DNA of 64,000 bases from Firmicutes bacterium HGW-Firmicutes-11 (GTDB taxonomy: Bacteria > Bacillota > Clostridia > Peptostreptococcales > Anaerovoracaceae), in assembly GCA_002840285.1 (NCBI GenBank), contig PHAE01000004.1, positions 7,706-71,705 on the forward strand, read 5' to 3'. The notes under the pieces are model-generated. The model was not told where the DNA came from and ran no database searches. It saw only the letters and a list, made by a program, of their open reading frames with translations. Numbering within the stretch: position 1 is the first letter of the stretch; every line of letters begins with the position of its first letter. The position numbers and the translations under genes are program-made. Positions 59,618 through 64,000 of the stretch are shown piece after piece.

Positions 59618-60610
59618 ATGAACATAGGAACGATACAATTGGACAGCCCGTTTCTGCTCGCCCCCCTAGCCGGGATCACCGACAGTCCTTTTCGTAGGAT
59701 CTGCAGGGCGCAGGGAGCCTCTTTGGTGTACTCGGAAATGGTCAGCGCGAAAGGATTATATTACAACGACAGATCCACGGAGCGGCTTTTGGCATTTGAA
59801 CCGGATGAAGCCCCCATCATCTACCAGCTTTTTGGTTCGGATCCGGAGATCATGGCCTGGGCGGTGGACAAACTGTCAGGCCGTGGTAACGCAGGTATCG
59901 ACGTCAACATGGGATGTCCGGTACCCAAAGTCGCAAAGAACGGTGAAGGGGCAGCCTTGATGAAGGACCCGCAACTGGCAGCAGAGATCGTAAAGGCGAT
60001 GGTCAAGGCGGAACACTCTGCAGCGGACCGACAGGGTCGCCAGGCAAAACCGATCACTGTGAAAACAAGGATCGGTTGGGATGAGTCGAACATCAACATC
60101 AGGGAATTTGCGCTGCGGATCGAAGAGGCCGGAGCCTCTGCGATCGCAGTCCATGGAAGAACGAGAGACCAGTATTACAGTGGATCTGCGAATTGGGACT
60201 GGATCGCCGAAGTCAAATCACTTCTGTCAATTCCGGTGATCGGAAGCGGTGATGTCATGACAGGCGCAGATGCCGTCAGGATGCTTCGGGAAACAGGCTG
60301 CGATACCGTCATGATCGCCAGAGGTGCGTTGGGCAATCCCTGGATCTTCCGAGAAGCAGAGGAATTGCTCGGCGGGCGTCCTGCACCAGCCCCGACTACC
60401 CTCGAAGAAAAGCAAGCTATGTTTCTTTATCAACTGAAATTGACTGTAGAATTCAAAGGGGAGGCTGCAGCGGTTCGAGAGATGCGCAAGCATGCCGGAT
60501 GGTATCTGAAAGGCGTACCGGGAGCGGCTGCGATACGTCAAAAAGTCAACCGGGCAACGACGGAGACCGGCTTGCGGGAGGTGCTGCGGCAGGAGCTCGA
60601 CCTCGGTTAA
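59618..60610 (+). CDS. dusB: tRNA-dihydrouridine synthase B
   Basis: ATG 59618; the track start 59483 reads through the repeats. LAPLAGITD, FMN-binding TIM barrel, catalytic NMGCP. Confidence 0.9.
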   Translation: MNIGTIQLDSPFLLAPLAGITDSPFRRICRAQGASLVYSEMVSAKGLYYNDRSTERLLAFEPDEAPIIYQLFGSDPEIMAWAVDKLSGRGNAGIDVNMGCPVPKVAKNGEGAALMKDPQLAAEIVKAMVKAEHSAADRQGRQAKPITVKTRIGWDESNINIREFALRIEEAGASAIAVHGRTRDQYYSGSANWDWIAEVKSLLSIPVIGSGDVMTGADAVRMLRETGCDTVMIARGALGNPWIFREAEELLGGRPAPAPTTLEEKQAMFLYQLKLTVEFKGEAAAVREMRKHAGWYLKGVPGAAAIRQKVNRATTETGLREVLRQELDLG

Positions 60611-60614
60611 TTCC

Positions 60615-60643
60615 TTGACTTTTCAGCATGAATAGTATAGAAT
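60615..60643 (+). promoter_or_regulatory. sigma-A-type promoter upstream of greA
   Basis: TTGACT (60615-60620), 17-bp spacer, TAGAAT (60638-60643). Leaves a leader of roughly 110 nt. Confidence 0.5.
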
Positions 60644-60760
60644 ATGCCGCATATAGACAGGCGATCCGTTTCGGGTCGATTTCTCTGTTTGCAAAGAATC
60701 TGAGAGCCGATCCCCGTGTGGGACTGCGAACAACAGACAGAATTGGAGGAGTATCAAACA

Positions 60761-61234
60761 ATGTCCCAAGTGATATTATTGACCCAGGAAGGCCACGACA
60801 AGATCGTTGCAGAGTATGATGAACTGGTGACCGTAAAGCGAAAAGAGGTGGCGGAGCGCATCAAGGAAGCGATTTCTTACGGTGACATATCCGAAAACTC
60901 TGAGTACGATTCTGCAAAAAATGAGCAGGCGGAATTGGAAGACCGGATCATGAAGTTGGAAAACATGATGCGTAATGCCAAAATCATCGATCACAGTGAA
61001 ATCTCCGATGACAGAGTCAACGTTGGTCTAAATGTCAAGATCAAAGACAAAGCCAGTGGTGAGGTCATTGATTTTACCATCGTAGGATCCACCGAGGCGG
61101 ATCCTTTTGAGGGCAAGATCTCCAACGAATCGGAAGTGGGAAAACAACTGATCGGAAAACAGGTCGGCGATGTTGCAGAAGTCAACGTACCGGACGGCAC
61201 CGTTAGTTACGAAGTCATGAGAATATATAAGTAA
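60761..61234 (+). CDS. greA: transcription elongation factor GreA
   Basis: ATG 60761 lies 8 nt after GGAGGAG. 157 aa, with an N-terminal coiled coil (acidic-tip motif GDISENSEYD) and a C-terminal globular domain. Confidence 0.93.
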   Translation: MSQVILLTQEGHDKIVAEYDELVTVKRKEVAERIKEAISYGDISENSEYDSAKNEQAELEDRIMKLENMMRNAKIIDHSEISDDRVNVGLNVKIKDKASGEVIDFTIVGSTEADPFEGKISNESEVGKQLIGKQVGDVAEVNVPDGTVSYEVMRIYK

Positions 61235-61279
61235 AATGGGCTGACGACCGGCACATTTCGGGAAAGACGGGAATGGAAT

Positions 61280-62797
61280 ATGAATGAAGATACCAACAAG
61301 GCTATGACCATAGATGATGTTCAGGATGCTCGCGAAGAGCAGGACATCAGCGAGCAGAGAATGATCCGCAGAGAGAAGCTTGCCAAGCTTCAGGAAATGG
61401 GACGCAATCCCTTTCTGGTGGAAACCTGGAATGTGACCCATCACAGTCTGGGGATCAAAGATGACTTTGATGCGATGGAAGGCAAACCCGTTTCCGTTGC
61501 TGGTAGGATCATGGCAAAACGGCAAATGGGCAAGGCCTCTTTTATCGACATTCAGGACAAGGAAGGTCGCATTCAGATCTACGTTCGCCAGGATGCGATC
61601 ACGCCGGAGGAATACGAGGTTTTTCTAACCTATGATCTGGGCGACATCGTCGGGCTGGAAGGCGAGGTCTTCCGCACCAAGCACGGCGAAATCTCCATAA
61701 AGGCGACCAATCTGGTCCTTTTGTCCAAATCTCTCCAACCGCTTCCCGACAAATGGCACGGCCTGAAGGATACGGATATTCGGTATCGGCAAAGGTACGT
61801 GGATCTTATCGTGAATCCCGAAGTCAGAAGCACTTTTATCCTCCGCTCCAGAATGATCAAAGAGATCAAGACATTTCTGGAAGGACGAGGGTTTTTAGAG
61901 GTCGACACACCGATCCTTACGACCATAGCAGGCGGAGCCAATGCAAGGCCGTTTTCCACCCATCACAATACACTGGACATCGACATGAAGCTTCGGATCT
62001 CCAATGAGCTTTATTTGAAACGACTCATCGTCGGGGGCCTGGATCGTGTTTATGAGATGGGCAAGATGTTCCGCAACGAGGGTATGGACAAAAATCACAA
62101 CCCGGAATTCACGTCGATGGAGTTGTATCAAGCCTATGGCAACATGGAAGATATGATGGACATCACCGAGAATCTGGTGGCTACCGTTGCACAAAGCGTC
62201 CTGGGAACCATGGTGATCGAGTACCAGGGCAAGACCTTCGACCTGACACCACCTTGGAAGCGGATGTCCATGCAGGAAGCCGTCAAGGTATGGGCGGGAG
62301 AAGACTTTGATCAGGTGGAAGATGACGAAGCAGCGCGACTTATCGCCAGAAAGCATCACATCGAGGATTGGAAGAAACTGAGCAGGGGACAGATCATAGC
62401 AGAGCTCTTTGAGCACTACTGCGAAGATCATCTGGAAGGCCCAATCTTTATCACAGGTCACCCGGTCGAGATTTCGCCATTAGCCAAAAGAGATCCGGCA
62501 GATCCAAGGATCACCCGACGCTTTGAAGCATATATCAATACCTGGGAAATCGCCAACGCTTTTTCCGAGCTCAACGACCCCATCGACCAGTACAACCGGT
62601 TCAAGGAGCAACAAGGTCAATTAGAAGGCGGAGATGAAGAAGCCCATCCCATGGATGAAGATTTTGTCAATGCTCTGGAGGTTGGATTGCCGCCTACTGG
62701 TGGTTTGGGCATCGGAATCGATCGTGTGATCATACTTCTCACAAACTCTCCATCGATCCGGGACATCATACTGTTCCCAACGATGAAACCTTTATAA
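61280..62797 (+). CDS. lysS: lysine--tRNA ligase (class II)
   Basis: 505 aa. OB-fold anticodon-binding domain and class II motifs ([13 protein letters not shown]). Confidence 0.95.
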   Translation: MNEDTNKAMTIDDVQDAREEQDISEQRMIRREKLAKLQEMGRNPFLVETWNVTHHSLGIKDDFDAMEGKPVSVAGRIMAKRQMGKASFIDIQDKEGRIQIYVRQDAITPEEYEVFLTYDLGDIVGLEGEVFRTKHGEISIKATNLVLLSKSLQPLPDKWHGLKDTDIRYRQRYVDLIVNPEVRSTFILRSRMIKEIKTFLEGRGFLEVDTPILTTIAGGANARPFSTHHNTLDIDMKLRISNELYLKRLIVGGLDRVYEMGKMFRNEGMDKNHNPEFTSMELYQAYGNMEDMMDITENLVATVAQSVLGTMVIEYQGKTFDLTPPWKRMSMQEAVKVWAGEDFDQVEDDEAARLIARKHHIEDWKKLSRGQIIAELFEHYCEDHLEGPIFITGHPVEISPLAKRDPADPRITRRFEAYINTWEIANAFSELNDPIDQYNRFKEQQGQLEGGDEEAHPMDEDFVNALEVGLPPTGGLGIGIDRVIILLTNSPSIRDIILFPTMKPL

Positions 62798-62811
62798 ATC
62801 GAGGCATACGC

Positions 62812-64000
62812 ATGAAAGAAACTTTGATCAAGCAACTTCAGGAAGAGTATCCCCAACTGGATGGGCATGAAATTTCGCTTACCGGATGGGTCAGAACCAA
62901 CCGGAGCTCCAATCGTTTCGGGTTCATCGAGCTGAATGACGGCACCAGCTTCAAGTCGGTGCAGGTGGTCTATGAACAGGACAGTATCTCGAATTATGGT
63001 GAGATCGCAAAGCTGGCCATTGCCTCGGGCATCGCGGTGAAAGGGCTCGTAGCTCACACCCCGGAAGCAAAACAGTCCTTTGAAATCAAGGCGACCGAGA
63101 TTCAGATCCTGGCAACGTCCGACAGCGACTACCCGCTGCAAAAGAAGCGTCACAGTCTGGAATTCCTAAGAGAAATTGCCCATCTCAGGCCGCGGAGCAA
63201 CACTTTTTCTGCCGTTTTCCGCGTACGTTCGATCTTGGCCTTTGCACTTCACCGCTTCTTCCAGGAGCGTGGGTTTGTCTATGTCCATGCGCCGATCATC
63301 ACCGGAAGCGATGCCGAAGGAGCCGGAGAAATGTTTCGAGTCACAACGGTGGATGTTGCCGACCCTCCAAGGAATCAAGATGGGTCTGTGGACTTCCGGC
63401 AGGACTTTTTCGGCAAGGAAACAAGTTTGACTGTCAGCGGCCAGCTGGAAGGGGAAGCCTTTGCCCTTGCGTTTCGTAATATCTATACGTTTGGACCGAC
63501 CTTCCGCGCCGAAAATTCAAATACTGCCCGTCATGCGTCGGAATTTTGGATGATCGAACCGGAATGCGCGTTTGCTGAACTGGCAGACAACATGCAGCTT
63601 GCCGAGGATCTGATCAAGTATCTGATTCGTTATGCTTTAGAGCATGCTCCTGATGAGATGGCTTTCTTTAACGAGTTTATCGACAAAGGATTGTCGGCTC
63701 GATTGGAAAGTATCGCAAACGCGGACTTTGCAAGAGTGACATACACTGAGGCAGTCGAGATGCTTCTGGCGTCAGGGAAAGAGTTCCAGTACCCTGTGGC
63801 ATGGGGCATCGACCTTCAGACCGAGCATGAAAGGTATCTGACGGAACAAATCTTTCAGCGTCCGGTCTTTGTTACCGACTATCCCAAGGACATCAAAGCC
63901 TTCTATATGCGCCTGAATGAAGACGGAAAGACAGTGGCTGCCATGGATCTTTTGGTTCCCGGTGTGGGAGAGATCATCGGCGGAAGCCAGAGAGAAGAGC
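62812..64000 (+). CDS. asnS: asparagine--tRNA ligase, 3' end outside the window
   Basis: Not in the ORF track because it has no stop in the window. Hand translation from ATG 62812 gives MKETLIKQL...GWVRTNR...[21 protein letters not shown]...GGSQREE, the AsnRS signature. The frame stays open to base 64000. Confidence 0.9.
   Translation, partial: MKETLIKQLQEEYPQLDGHEISLTGWVRTNRSSNRFGFIELNDGTSFKSVQVVYEQDSISNYGEIAKLAIASGIAVKGLVAHTPEAKQSFEIKATEIQILATSDSDYPLQKKRHSLEFLREIAHLRPRSNTFSAVFRVRSILAFALHRFFQERGFVYVHAPIITGSDAEGAGEMFRVTTVDVADPPRNQDGSVDFRQDFFGKETSLTVSGQLEGEAFALAFRNIYTFGPTFRAENSNTARHASEFWMIEPECAFAELADNMQLAEDLIKYLIRYALEHAPDEMAFFNEFIDKGLSARLESIANADFARVTYTEAVEMLLASGKEFQYPVAWGIDLQTEHERYLTEQIFQRPVFVTDYPKDIKAFYMRLNEDGKTVAAMDLLVPGVGEIIGGSQREE

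Overview
64-kb chromosomal segment, roughly 50% GC, most likely from an anaerobic Gram-positive bacterium (Bacillota, Clostridia-like). Supporting context: CIRCE-controlled groES-groEL, Rex next to a clostridial 2x[4Fe-4S] ferredoxin, cdaA-cdaR-glmM-glmS, a GerMN lipoprotein, comFC-[structured RNA]-hpf, and a Na+-pumping biotin decarboxylase operon. I call about 62 protein genes. Almost all are on the + strand, tightly packed, and mostly housekeeping: hisS, lysS, asnS, gltX, tsaEBD-rimI, guaBA, nadE, cca, recD2, tilS, ftsH, greA, dusB. Two real genes are missing from the ORF track: a 56-aa ferredoxin (16215-16385, minus strand) and the 3'-open asnS (62812-64000). Non-coding elements I can support are an FMN riboswitch with terminator upstream of a RibU-type transporter, a perfect CIRCE operator, a roughly 200-nt RNA closed by a 20-bp stem that fits the raiA-motif context, and several intrinsic terminators and sigma-A-like promoters. 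I saw no rRNA, tRNA, CRISPR array, transposase, integrase or recognisable defence genes. The most unusual region lies directly downstream of guaA (24832-27255). It holds three head-to-tail 112-116 bp structured repeats and a fourth unit split by a 448-bp segment. That segment carries four copies of GTTGTCT-N24/25-AGACAAC at constant spacing. A low-GC two-gene islet follows (RdhA/QueG-like Fe-S protein plus an unknown protein), bracketed by related GGGACGGT(T)CTC hairpins. A second unexplained element is a 109-bp palindrome with two 31-bp direct repeats between the decarboxylase operon and dusB (59393-59581). All functional calls come from reading motifs and gene context; no database search was run.
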